Below are positions 39,026-49,315 of a DNA stretch of 64,000 nt, one piece after another. Both the position numbers and the translations under genes were made by a program. The DNA is taken from positions 5,296-69,295 of the forward strand of contig BEHM01000014.1 in NCBI GenBank assembly GCA_002923315.1. Reading direction: 5' to 3'. Origin of the DNA: a bacterium HR10. GTDB taxonomy: Bacteria; Acidobacteriota; Blastocatellia; HR10. Numbering within the stretch: the stretch's first letter is position 1; each line of letters starts with the position of its first letter. The notes beneath the pieces were generated by a model. The model had not been told where the DNA came from. It searched no databases and saw nothing but the letters and a program-made list of their open reading frames with translations.

Positions 39026-39779
39026 GATGAGAGGACAGTTCGCTCTTCTCCTCGGGCTCTTGGGCCTGATGCTGCCGCGCGCTGTCTGGGCGCAAGGGAT
39101 GATGGGGCGTCCCGCGATGGGCGAGGAGACCATCGCCCTGGGATCCGATGGGACGCTCTATGTCGTAGCCTCTCCAGCTCAGCGGCAGATGGGTCCCGAG
39201 TTCGGGCGCGTGGCGCTTTTCGCTCTGGACCCAGTGACCTTTCGCGTGCGATGGCGATTCGTTCTGGAAGAGGAGGACGTCATCGCCTCTCGGCCGGTCG
39301 TGGGCGCGGACGGCACGGTCTATCTCACCGTATCCGAGATGATGGAGTTCGGCTCGCCGTTGGACTTCTCGACGGGGGTGCGAAACGCGCGCCTTTTAGC
39401 CGTTCGGGAAGGGGCTTTGAAATGGAGCTACGACTGCGATGCGCCCTTCGCCTCTCATCCCGCGCTTGGTCCGGAAGGGATGGTCTTCGTGACCACGAGC
39501 ACCGTTGGTCCGAGGGAGCCATCTGGGCCGTGGACGTTCTCGCGCTCCTCTCTCCTCGCTCTTGAGGATCGTGGGACATCAGCCACCATTCATGCGCGTC
39601 TCGATCTCGGCCCATACGCCGTGTCCGCTCCCGTTGTCGGTCCGCATCCGACGTCACCGTGGGCGGTTTACGTGACGGGAGAAGGGGTCGGCATGGGGCC
39701 GGGAATGGGCATGGGCTATGGGACGGTGCTCTTCGTCATTGATGCGGACTTTCGCCTTGCGCGCATGTCCTTACGGTGA
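38967..39779 (+). CDS. secreted PQQ/BamB-like beta-propeller repeat protein
   Basis: GGAAGGAGGG SD plus ATG at 38967, duplicated at 39006, with a third ATG at 39027. Signal peptide [24 protein letters not shown]. Repeats such as [30 protein letters not shown]. The stop overlaps the next gene's region. Confidence 0.55.
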   Translation: MGFNLLNWKEGRSMGFNLLKMRGQFALLLGLLGLMLPRAVWAQGMMGRPAMGEETIALGSDGTLYVVASPAQRQMGPEFGRVALFALDPVTFRVRWRFVLEEEDVIASRPVVGADGTVYLTVSEMMEFGSPLDFSTGVRNARLLAVREGALKWSYDCDAPFASHPALGPEGMVFVTTSTVGPREPSGPWTFSRSSLLALEDRGTSATIHARLDLGPYAVSAPVVGPHPTSPWAVYVTGEGVGMGPGMGMGYGTVLFVIDADFRLARMSLR

Positions 39780-39793
39780 GGAGGGGACGCCAT

Positions 39794-40231
39794 ATGTCGC
39801 TGTGGAATGAGCAACGTCGGAAGCTGTTGAATATCCTCCTGGGGACGAGCGTAGGGGCGACGCTCGTGGCCATTCTCTATCCGATCCTCAAGTTCATGAT
39901 CCCGCCGGAGGTCATCGAGGCCACGCAGACGAGCGTCGTGGCCGGACGGGTCAACGAATTGCCGCCCAATTCCGGGAAGATCTTCAAATTCGGGAACAAG
40001 CCCGGTCTTCTCGTGCACACGCCGACGGGCGAATACAAGGCCTTCTCGGCCGTGTGCACGCACCTGGACTGCATCGTGCAATATCGGCCGGATCTGCGGC
40101 TGATCTGGTGCGCCTGCCATAACGGCCAGTACAATCTGAGCGGGAAGAACATCGCCGGTCCCCCCCCGCGTCCCCTGGAGGAGTATGCCGTCAACATTCG
40201 CGGGGAGGAGATCGTCGTGTCCAGGATGTGA
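39794..40231 (+). CDS. Rieske [2Fe-2S] subunit of a cytochrome bc/b6f-type complex
   Basis: GAGGAGGGG SD. Tat-like QRRKLLN plus a TM helix. Cluster ligand boxes CTHLDC and CACHNG. Confidence 0.85.
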   Translation: MSLWNEQRRKLLNILLGTSVGATLVAILYPILKFMIPPEVIEATQTSVVAGRVNELPPNSGKIFKFGNKPGLLVHTPTGEYKAFSAVCTHLDCIVQYRPDLRLIWCACHNGQYNLSGKNIAGPPPRPLEEYAVNIRGEEIVVSRM

Positions 40232-40246
40232 GAGTGCGACCTCGCT

Positions 40247-41322
<1,076 letters not shown>

Positions 41323-41326
<4 letters not shown>

Positions 41327-42615
41327 GGGGAGAGAGGCGGGAGCGTCGTCGGATTCCGCGATCGCGGCTGTGGGGGGGCTTCGCTCTGGTGAGCCTTGTG
41401 CTCGGGGGGCTCGGCGCCACCGTCGCGCGCGCTCAGCAGGCGAAGGATTCCTGCATCGAGTGCCACGCGGCGTTGGAGGGTCCGCTCGCCGATCCCGTCG
41501 CCTTGATGCGGGAGGACATCCATCGAGCCCGCGGATTCTCCTGCGCCGATTGTCACGGCGGAGATCCGAGGAGCGATGACCCGCTGGCGGCCATGGATCC
41601 GAAGAAGGGATTCGTCGCCCGACCGCCGCATCGGGCGATCCCGGCTCTCTGCGGTCGCTGCCACAGCAATGCGGAGTTCATGAAGCGCTATAACCCCGCC
41701 CTGCGGGTGGATCAGGAGCAGGAGTACTTCACCAGCGTCCATGGGAAGCGACTGCGCGCTGGCGACACGCGCGTGGCCACGTGCACGAGCTGCCATGGCG
41801 CTCATGGGATTCGGTCCGTTCAACATCCCCTCTCGCCCGTGTATCCGCTCAACGTGGCCGAGACGTGCGCGCGCTGTCATGCCGATGCCGAATACATGAG
41901 GGAGTATCGCCTCCCTCACGATCAGTACGACCGATACCGACGGAGCGCGCACGCGCGCGCGCTCTACGACCGGCAGGACCTCTCGGCGCCGACATGCAAT
42001 GATTGTCATGGGAATCACGGCGCCGTGCCGCCCGGCATCACGTCGGTCGCGCACGTCTGCGGGCAATGTCATGTGCGCCAAGCCACGCTCTTTCGCGCGA
42101 GTCCGCACAAGGCCGCTTTCGATGCCATGGGGCTGGCCGAATGCGTGTATTGTCACGGGAATCATGACGTCCTCTCCCCGACGGATGAGATGATTGGCAC
42201 GGGGGAGAAATCCGTATGCGTCTCCTGCCATCCGCCGGGGGACGCCGGGTATCAGGCGGCCGAGCGCATGCGCGCTCTCCTGGACGACCTCTCGCGCGAG
42301 CTGGAGCGCGCGCGGGCCATCTTGGATCGCGCCGAGCGCGCGGGCATGGAGGTGAGTCGGGCGAAGTTCGAGCTGAGCGAGGCTCGTGATGCTCTCACGC
42401 ATGCCCGTGTGCTCATCCACGCCTTCTCGGTGAAGGAGGTGGAGAACGTCATTCGGCCGGGACTCGAGGTCGCGCGACGCGGGTATCACGCCGGCGAGCG
42501 GGCACTGGCCGAATTGAACTATCGGCGCAAGGGGCTTGCCGTCTCGCTCCTGTTCATCCTCTTCCTCGCCGCCCTGCTCTATCTGAAGCTTCGAGAGATC
42601 GAGGGGCCGCGGTGA
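41323..42615 (+). CDS. membrane-anchored nonaheme c-type cytochrome
   Basis: ATGA overlap with the cytochrome b stop. Signal/anchor segment. 9 CxxCH motifs (CIECH, CADCH, CGRCH, CTSCH, CARCH, CNDCH, CGQCH, CVYCH, CVSCH). Coiled-coil-like segment and a C-terminal TM helix [17 protein letters not shown]. Confidence 0.8.
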
Positions 42616-42625
42616 GCCCCGAGCT

Positions 42626-43459
42626 TCACTTCGCTCGCAGGGGCGCCGAGCCCACGCGAAACAGCTCCTCCTCGGGAGCGGCGAGCATGTCCTCCACTGG
42701 CAGAGCCGTCCAGCTCGCCCAGCGGCGTCCGGGCTCGAGCAACACGTAGGTGTACGCGCGATCGCCGCGAATGAATCGGACAAACGGCGCACTGTGGAAG
42801 CCCAAAGTCCCTCGTCCGGGCGTGGCACCGATGAGCGTCATGACGGCATCAATCATGCAGCCGGCGTCTTCCGGGACGATGACCTGCGTGCCCCAGGCCT
42901 CGGCGAAATCGAGGAATGTCGAGCGGAAGTGCTCCACAAGGCGCGCGCCGAAGACCACCCCTCCGCAGCGCTCACCGTGGAAATTCTCCGCCTGAATGAG
43001 CAACGATTCGAGGAGCGCCTGACGGCTGGCCGGTCGGCCGATCTGCTCGTTGCGCGCCGCGTAGATGGCATCGCGGCTGCGAAAATACGGCTTCACATCC
43101 ACAATGGGTGTGCCATCCACGAAGTCCAACCGATCCAGATACAGCGTGGTCCCCTCGATCCGCTCAATTCGCGCGGCCGTCATGGCGATGGGATTCGGCC
43201 GCGTGGGGGAGCGCACGGCGAAGACCCCATGAAGGCCGGCTTCGCTCGTGTCGCTCACGCCGCGCGGGGTGACCAGCAACCGCGTGCGATCGGCCTCGTG
43301 CAGCCACGCGAGGATCCACACGTGCGTGTGTTTCTCTATGTGCCGCAGTCCATCGGCGAATTCGGGGAAGATCTCCACTCGGGCGGGAACGCCGAACGTC
43401 GGCATCGCCTGCCGATCGGAGACAGAGCTGCGCACCACGCCGATGGGAGTGAGCACCAT
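42626..43459 (-). CDS. TrmO/TsaA-like domain fused to an FmdE/FwdE-like C-terminal domain
   Basis: TsaA core PIGVVRSS, HVWILAWLH, RSPTRPNPI, DGTPIVDVKPY. C-terminal FHGERCGGVVFGARL resembles the FmdE domain. Alternative starts at 43522 and 43549 would overlap nrdJ. Confidence 0.6.
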   Translation of the reverse strand: MVLTPIGVVRSSVSDRQAMPTFGVPARVEIFPEFADGLRHIEKHTHVWILAWLHEADRTRLLVTPRGVSDTSEAGLHGVFAVRSPTRPNPIAMTAARIERIEGTTLYLDRLDFVDGTPIVDVKPYFRSRDAIYAARNEQIGRPASRQALLESLLIQAENFHGERCGGVVFGARLVEHFRSTFLDFAEAWGTQVIVPEDAGCMIDAVMTLIGATPGRGTLGFHSAPFVRFIRGDRAYTYVLLEPGRRWASWTALPVEDMLAAPEEELFRVGSAPLRAK

Positions 43460-43478
43460 GGACGTGAACAGTGGGCGT

Positions 43479-45260
43479 TCAGACGCGACATTCTTCGGGA
43501 TCGCATCGGGAGGCGTGGTCATAGTGATGCGCTTCCTCGTCCAGACCAAGCTCCAGCACCTGCGCCGATTTGCTGCCGTACCGATAGATCGTGATGCCCT
43601 TCAGCCCCAATTCCCAGGCGCGCCAATACGCATGCGCTACGTCCTCGACCGTGGCTTCCTCAGGCATGTTGATCGTCTTCGAGACCGAATTGTCCACGGC
43701 GCGTTGAAAGGCCGCCTGGATCTGCAGATGCCGATCGGGCGGGATCTCCAGGGCGGTCACGAAGAGCCGCTTCAGCTCCTCAGGGACGTGAGGGACCTCG
43801 CGCAATCGCCCCCGCGCGAGAACGGCCTCCAGAATCTCCTCGGCGTTGAGGCCATAGCGATCCAAGTATTCGAGGAAGAGGGGATTCACCTCATAGAGCG
43901 TCTGTCCGCCGAGCACGTGCGTGCGCCGATAGGCCAGGGCGAACAGCGGCTCGATGCTCGCGCTCGTATCGGCGATGATGCTGATCGTCCCCGTGGGCGC
44001 GATGGCCGTCAGCGTGGCATTGCGCAGGGGCCGATTCTGCGCTTCGTGCACGCTGCCCTTCCAGTTCGGGAAGACGCCTCGCTCCTCGGCCAATTCGGCT
44101 GACATGGCGAGGGCCTCTTCGGCGATGGCGCGCATCAAGCGCTCGGCCAGATGCGCGGCCTCTTCTGAATCATAGGAGATGCCGAGTCGGATCAGCAGCT
44201 CGGCGAAGCCCATCACGCCGAGGCCGATCTTTCGGTTCCCGCGCGTCATGCGCTCGATCTCCGGAATCGGATACCGGTTCACCTCGATGACGTCGTCGAG
44301 GAAGCGCACGGCCTTTCGGACAGTCTCGCGCAACTTCTCCCAATCCACGTCCACGTGTCCATCATGCTCGCGCAGCATGTGCGTCACGTTGATCGAACCC
44401 AGATTGCAGGACTCGTAGGGGAGCAAGGGGATCTCCCCACAGGGATTCGTCGCCTCGATCGCCCCCAGGTGCGGCGTCGGATTCGCGCGGTTGATGGCAT
44501 CGAGGAAGAGCAGACCGGGATCGCCCGTCTGCCAGGCGGCGCGCACGATCTCTTCGAAGACGTGCCTGGCCTTCAGCCGCCTGACGGCGCGCCCGGTGCG
44601 CGGGTTGATCAGCTCGTACGCGTCGTCCCGGCGGACCGCCTCCATGAACGCATCGGTCACAGCCACAGAGATGTTGAAATTCTGGAGCGCTCGCTCATCG
44701 CGCTTGGCCGTGACGAAGTCCAGAATGTCCGGATGATCCACGCGCAAGACGCCCATGTTCGCCCCCCGTCGCTTCCCCCCCTGTTTGATGTGCTCAGTGG
44801 CGCTGTCGAAGATCTTCATGAAGGAGACCGGACCCGAGGCTTCTCCCCCCGTGGAGGCGACCACGTCCCCCTTCGGGCGCAATCGGGAGAAAGAGAAGCC
44901 CGTGCCGCCGCCCGTGCGCTGCACGAGCGCCATCTGCTTCACAGCCTCGAAGATCTCCTCCATCGTGTCGCCGACCGGCAACACGAAGCACGCGCTCAAT
45001 TGTCCCAGGGGGGTCCCCGCGTTCATCAACGTGGGGCTATTGGGCAGGAAATCGCGCGAAGTGAGCAGTTCGTGAAAGACCTCCTCCCACCGGCGCGCTT
45101 TCTCAGCCGTCCCCAGCAGAAGCTCCGCCTCGGCGATCGCTCGCGCCACGCGCGCGAAGAGTTCCTCCGGAGTCTCGACCAGACGGCGTTCGGCATCTCG
45201 CCGCAGGTAGCGAGCTTCCAGGACGCGACGAGCATTCGGCGAGAGGTTCAACTCCGCCAT
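43479..45260 (-). CDS. nrdJ: adenosylcobalamin-dependent (class II) ribonucleotide reductase
   Basis: NPCGEIPLLPYESCNLGSINV active-site loop, TAIAPTGTIS, SKTINMPEEATVEDV, and C-terminal Cys residues (CDPEEC). Confidence 0.9.
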   Translation of the reverse strand: MAELNLSPNARRVLEARYLRRDAERRLVETPEELFARVARAIAEAELLLGTAEKARRWEEVFHELLTSRDFLPNSPTLMNAGTPLGQLSACFVLPVGDTMEEIFEAVKQMALVQRTGGGTGFSFSRLRPKGDVVASTGGEASGPVSFMKIFDSATEHIKQGGKRRGANMGVLRVDHPDILDFVTAKRDERALQNFNISVAVTDAFMEAVRRDDAYELINPRTGRAVRRLKARHVFEEIVRAAWQTGDPGLLFLDAINRANPTPHLGAIEATNPCGEIPLLPYESCNLGSINVTHMLREHDGHVDVDWEKLRETVRKAVRFLDDVIEVNRYPIPEIERMTRGNRKIGLGVMGFAELLIRLGISYDSEEAAHLAERLMRAIAEEALAMSAELAEERGVFPNWKGSVHEAQNRPLRNATLTAIAPTGTISIIADTSASIEPLFALAYRRTHVLGGQTLYEVNPLFLEYLDRYGLNAEEILEAVLARGRLREVPHVPEELKRLFVTALEIPPDRHLQIQAAFQRAVDNSVSKTINMPEEATVEDVAHAYWRAWELGLKGITIYRYGSKSAQVLELGLDEEAHHYDHASRCDPEECRV

Positions 45261-45272
45261 GACCCGTTTATC

Positions 45273-45509
45273 TTACCGCTTCCGCGGCTGGCCAGCAATA
45301 GGCCCCTCGCTGAGCCATTCGTTCAATTCGCGGACGAGACGCTCGATGCCCGCCTCGTCATACCCGCGCTCTCGCGCCGCATCCGCCAGCGTCCCCCAGA
45401 TCGGTTCACCGCACTCCAGGCAGCGGATCCCCTTCTGCAGGAGGAATCGAACGGACGCCGGATACCGAGCGATCAGTTCTTCAATGGTGATGTCTCCCGT
45501 AATCCTCAT
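45273..45509 (-). CDS. DUF1858-type small redox protein (hybrid-cluster-protein-associated disulfide domain)
   Basis: ITGDITIEELIARYP..CLECGEPIWGTLADAA, a typical DUF1858 layout. Confidence 0.65.
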   Translation of the reverse strand: MRITGDITIEELIARYPASVRFLLQKGIRCLECGEPIWGTLADAARERGYDEAGIERLVRELNEWLSEGPIAGQPRKR

Positions 45510-45524
45510 GGTGCGTCGAGCTGC

Positions 45525-46139
45525 TCACGGAGTCCCGAGGGGGATCTTGACGCTCACCGCTCCCCGTACGTCGCCCGAACGATACCCGGTCGCCCGATCA
45601 TCGGGATATCGCTCGGCCAGGATCGCGCGCACGGATGAGGGGATCGCTTCCTTCGGCCCATGACAGGTGATGCACATGGGGCCGACCAGGATCGGCCGCA
45701 TGTAACGAAGATAGGTGCGACCGTCCTCGCGCACGACCTCCACGGATTCGTCCACGAGCGCCCGCGCGCGATGTTGCTGCTCGAACTCTTCGAGCTTGCG
45801 ACGCTCGTACTCATCGGGAATGTCCTTCGGATTGCGATAGCGCAGGCTCACGCGTCGGATCGAAGCCCCCGTCCGCGCCTCGATCTCGCGCGGGATCTCC
45901 TGCGCGATCTCCGAGCAGACGCGCACGGCGCCCTCATATCCGCCCTTCTCCAACTCCATCATCAAAAGCCGTCGCACTCGCTCCAGCAACTCATCCGCGA
46001 GCTGCCGCGCCTGGCGCAGGGCGGATTCCACAGATTCCCCTTGCCTTACGCTCCCCTTCGGCTCGTCGGAAGAGACGACGTTCATCCCAGCGAGGAGTCC
46101 TATCAGCGTGAGTGGAATGAACCGTTTCATCGCCTGCAT
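45525..46139 (-). CDS. periplasmic DUF3365 (Tll0287-like) c-type heme protein
   Basis: Signal peptide and a single CITCHGP motif near the C-terminus, in a PAS-like 200-aa protein. Confidence 0.6.
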   Translation of the reverse strand: MQAMKRFIPLTLIGLLAGMNVVSSDEPKGSVRQGESVESALRQARQLADELLERVRRLLMMELEKGGYEGAVRVCSEIAQEIPREIEARTGASIRRVSLRYRNPKDIPDEYERRKLEEFEQQHRARALVDESVEVVREDGRTYLRYMRPILVGPMCITCHGPKEAIPSSVRAILAERYPDDRATGYRSGDVRGAVSVKIPLGTP

Positions 46140-46251
46140 CTCCGCGAGAAGACCTCACGCTCCCACACGGTGCGCATCCATGAAGAGAGCGTGAGGAGAT
46201 CCCTTGAGCGATCCGACGCGGGGGGAGAGGATCCCCCCGCGCTGCACGCGT

Positions 46252-46716
46252 TCATTTCACCTTCAGCTTGATCTCACGGCGCTTGGCTTCCTCAGCCTTG
46301 GGCAGCCGGATCTCCAGAACCCCGTCCTTGTATGTGGCCTCCGCCTTTTCGATATTGACCTTCACGGGCAGATCAATCGTGCGCGAGAATCTCCCGTAGG
46401 TCCGCTCGGCGCAGTAGTAGTCGGCTTCCTTCACCTCCTCTTCGCGCTTGATCTCCCCGGAGAGCGTGATCGCGTCCTCAGTCAACTCGATGTTGATGTC
46501 ATCTCGGTTCATCCCCGGCAGCTCGGCCTTGAGGACGATCTCGTCATCCTTCTCGTACATGTCCACCGCTGGAGCGAAGACGCGCGTGATCTCCCGCGCT
46601 CGACGCGGGGTCGGGAATTCCCGTTCGAAGATCTCATCGAGGAGACGATCAATCTCTCGTCGGAACATCTCCAATTCGCGGAAAGGTCGCCATCGAACGA
46701 GCGCCATAGCCGTCAC
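46252..46716 (-). CDS. small heat-shock protein (Hsp20/alpha-crystallin)
   Basis: PAVDMYEKDDEIVLKAELPG, AERTYGRFSRTIDLP, KDGVLEIRLPK. Confidence 0.9.
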   Translation of the reverse strand: MTAMALVRWRPFRELEMFRREIDRLLDEIFEREFPTPRRAREITRVFAPAVDMYEKDDEIVLKAELPGMNRDDINIELTEDAITLSGEIKREEEVKEADYYCAERTYGRFSRTIDLPVKVNIEKAEATYKDGVLEIRLPKAEEAKRREIKLKVK

Positions 46717-46874
46717 CCTCCTTTCGTGAGAATTTCTGAACCCCGCTCCATCCGGAGCGGGATCGGGAGCCGAAGTGCTCGCGCCTCGGCTCGTCGTCTA
46801 CATCGTTATGATCCAGGGGAGCGGCGACGGTTTCACCTATCGAGCGCAAGCCACGTTGCTCCTACGGAGCTGCA

Positions 46875-47324
46875 TCACGGGTTGCGCGAGAGCGGACGCC
46901 CCAAGAAACCTCGGGTGAGGCGAGTCGCTCGCGCTTGAATCTCGGCGACGGCTTCTGGGGCATCGGTCGTGATCTCCAGCTCCGCTCCGTTTGCGAGCGT
47001 CGTGATCCTCACCCGAGCTCCTGTGACGGCCGCCGGACATACCGGCTGCTGGCGCGGCCCAGCCTGCGCGAGCGTCTGCTCATGAGTCGCGCAGTGAGTG
47101 CGAATGCGCCGCACGTAGGCCAGATCGTCGCTCGCCACACGGATGCGCACGCCCTTCACCGTATTCGTGATCTTGCGCTTGGCCGCCCACATCATCATCG
47201 GGCAGACCTGGGCTCCCCGTCGCCCGCGCCCCGGCGGTTGCTCTCCCCGCGGGGAGAAGGACGAAACCGCTCCCATGAGAGAGAGCCATCCGATCGCGCA
47301 GATCACTGGCAGACCCCGCATCAT
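46875..47324 (-). CDS. hypothetical exported protein upstream of hsp20
   Basis: Hydrophobic N-terminus MMRGLPVICAIGWLSLMGAV. A promoter-like element lies just upstream. SD spacing is poor and no family was recognised. Confidence 0.35.
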   Translation of the reverse strand: MMRGLPVICAIGWLSLMGAVSSFSPRGEQPPGRGRRGAQVCPMMMWAAKRKITNTVKGVRIRVASDDLAYVRRIRTHCATHEQTLAQAGPRQQPVCPAAVTGARVRITTLANGAELEITTDAPEAVAEIQARATRLTRGFLGRPLSRNP

Positions 47325-47338
47325 CCTCCGGACCGGAA

Positions 47339-47366
47339 AATATACCGCTTGTGCATCCGCCGTCAA
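47339..47366 (-). promoter_or_regulatory. sigma70-like promoter candidate (TTGACG-16 nt-TATATT) for the hypothetical-hsp20 unit
   Basis: Minus-strand TTGACG at 47366-47361 and TATATT at 47344-47339. Confidence 0.35.
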
Positions 47367-47387
47367 GCCGATCAGGAGTTCGCGCCA

Positions 47388-47416
47388 TTGTCCTTCCCCT
47401 CCGCGTGGCTTACAAT
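47388..47416 (+). promoter_or_regulatory. sigma70-like promoter candidate (TTGTCC-17 nt-TACAAT) for the DUF2934-hsp20 gene
   Basis: TTGTCC at 47388-47393 and TACAAT at 47411-47416. GGGAGGAGGA SD and the ATG at 47457 lie downstream. Confidence 0.4.
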
Positions 47417-47456
47417 GGATGCAGTGTTCTCAAGCCGTATGGGAGGAGGATTGGGA

Positions 47457-47960
47457 ATGGCTCTTGTTCGCATTCATCCTTGGTCGTCGCCCCTTCGCGA
47501 GGAGGCCGATCGAATTCGGGCCCGGATCGCGGAACGGGCTTATGAGCTGGCGGCTCGACATGGATATGCACCGGGACGGGAGCTGGACGATTGGTTGGCG
47601 GCGGAGGCTCAGCTGGTGTGGAAACCGGAGATGCGTCTGGAGGAGCATCCGCGGGAGCTTGTCCTGAAGCTCCGGCTCCCCGGAGTTCGAGCCGAAGACG
47701 TGCGCCTCTTCGTCGCCGCCGAGCGCGTTCTGCTCCTTGGGGAAACGCGGGTTGAGGGCGTGGCTGAAGGCGTGCGCGTCCACGGCGATGAATTCCGCTA
47801 TGGGCCGATCTTTCGCGACGTGTGGCTCCCGCACGCCATTGATCCGGTCCGCGCGAGAGCCCGGCTGAGCGATGGGGTGCTCACCCTGGTGCTCCCCAAG
47901 CCCAAGACGGAGCGGTCAACTCCTCGCCAGAGACGAGCGTCTCGGGTGACTCCTGCTTAG
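47457..47960 (+). CDS. DUF2934-like N-terminal segment fused to an Hsp20/alpha-crystallin domain
   Basis: ERAYELAARHGYAPGRELDDWLAAE (DUF2934-like), then ELVLKLRLPGVRAEDVRLFV...SDGVLTLVLPKPK. The ORF part upstream of 47457 is not protein-like. Confidence 0.75.
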   Translation: MALVRIHPWSSPLREEADRIRARIAERAYELAARHGYAPGRELDDWLAAEAQLVWKPEMRLEEHPRELVLKLRLPGVRAEDVRLFVAAERVLLLGETRVEGVAEGVRVHGDEFRYGPIFRDVWLPHAIDPVRARARLSDGVLTLVLPKPKTERSTPRQRRASRVTPA

Positions 47961-47970
47961 GAGGGACAGT

Positions 47971-48276
47971 ATGGCACTTGTCGAGGTCAGCGTTGTTCCT
48001 GTCGGAACTGGAACCCCGAGCCTCGGCGATCATATCGCCGGAGCCATTCGCGTCTTGGAGAAGGCGGGCGTCTCTTACGAGATCTCCCCCATGGGGACGT
48101 TGTTCGAGGGGGATCTCAAGGACATCCTCTCCCTAGCCCGGAAGATGCACGAGGCGGCCTTTCGCCAGGGCGTCCAGCGCGTCATCACGACCATCACCAT
48201 TGACGATCGTCGGGATAAGGCCGTGACGATGCGGAGCAAGGTCGCATCGGTCAAGCGGCGGCTCGCGCGAACGTGA
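47971..48276 (+). CDS. MTH1187/YkoF-family (UPF0045) thiamine-binding-like protein
   Basis: VEVSVVPVGTGTPSLGDHIA..YEISPMGTLFEGDL..ITIDDRRDK, the typical family layout. Confidence 0.8.
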   Translation: MALVEVSVVPVGTGTPSLGDHIAGAIRVLEKAGVSYEISPMGTLFEGDLKDILSLARKMHEAAFRQGVQRVITTITIDDRRDKAVTMRSKVASVKRRLART

Positions 48277-48294
48277 GGAGCCGTTCGCGCCCGT

Positions 48295-48322
48295 GCGGAG
48301 GGAGACGGACATCCCCCTCCGC
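48295..48322. terminator. hairpin between convergent genes
   Basis: GCGGAGGG-12 nt loop-CCCTCCGC, a perfect 8-bp stem. No U-tract. Confidence 0.4.
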
Positions 48323-48340
48323 CGTGTTCACGGCGCGTCC

Positions 48341-49312
48341 TCACTGCCGCACGATCCGAAACTTCCCGACGAGAATCTCGCGACGATCCGTCGGCGTGTC
48401 GGGGCGAAAGCCGAGCTGTCCGATCCCGTAGAAGAAGCCGTCGGCTCCCCGCACCATCGGCGCGAGACGGCCCGTCGTGTCCGCCTCGCAGCGCCCCCCT
48501 CGATCGTTCAGGAAGAGGAGGGACGTGCGGCGCGTCTCCAGATCCACGCGATTTATGATGATCGCCCCATCGCCGGTGAATGCGGCGTGGATATGTCCGA
48601 AGCCTCCGGGAAGGCTCGCCCACGTCTTGCGCGGGTGAAAGACTTCGACCTTGCCGCTCGGCTCGACGGCCAATACTCGCCCGGTTCCATCCGAGAGCAG
48701 ATGAGCCTTCGGTTCAAACGGTTCGGCCATGTGTTCGGACACTCTCTCTCCATCCGCGGAGAACGTTTGAAGGACGCCCACGTCTTGGCCCTTCTCCGTC
48801 CAAACCGTTCCGAGGACGCCGATCTGTGATCCGAGCGGCACGATCCAGGGATTCCTCAACCCTTCGAGCACCACCGTTCGCTGAAGATCTCCGGACGTCC
48901 CGAAGATGAGCAGGGCGCTGCGCCAGCTGCCCTCCTGCCATTGCGCGGCAGCGTAGACCCGACCCGATGTATACGCCAGCGAGGTGATGCGCGCCCATCG
49001 CGCCGTCTCCGGAATGATGGACGGTCGCTCGAAGACCCGAAGGAGCTTCCCGCTCGGGTCATAGCTCACAATGTACGGGAGAGCCATCGCGCGAGGCCCC
49101 GCGCCCTCGGTGGGCCAGGACGCGAAGCTCACATACAGGATGCCGCGCTCATCCACCGCCAGCGCCAGATCTTTGAGGCCCGCCGATCCGGGCACGGGCA
49201 GGGAGAGGCGATGCAAGGAGATCAATTCTACGCTGCATCCCTGGGGTGGAGCCGCGAGACTCACGGACCCCAGAAGGCCGCTGACGAAAATCACAAGAAC
49301 GATTCTCCTCAT
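48341..49312 (-). CDS. secreted hypothetical protein, beta-propeller-like repeats
   Basis: GGGAGGTGA SD. Signal peptide MRRIVLVIFVSGLLGSVSLAAPPQG. Repeated beta-strand-rich units. No family recognised. Confidence 0.6.
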   Translation of the reverse strand: MRRIVLVIFVSGLLGSVSLAAPPQGCSVELISLHRLSLPVPGSAGLKDLALAVDERGILYVSFASWPTEGAGPRAMALPYIVSYDPSGKLLRVFERPSIIPETARWARITSLAYTSGRVYAAAQWQEGSWRSALLIFGTSGDLQRTVVLEGLRNPWIVPLGSQIGVLGTVWTEKGQDVGVLQTFSADGERVSEHMAEPFEPKAHLLSDGTGRVLAVEPSGKVEVFHPRKTWASLPGGFGHIHAAFTGDGAIIINRVDLETRRTSLLFLNDRGGRCEADTTGRLAPMVRGADGFFYGIGQLGFRPDTPTDRREILVGKFRIVRQ

Positions 49313-49315
49313 GGT

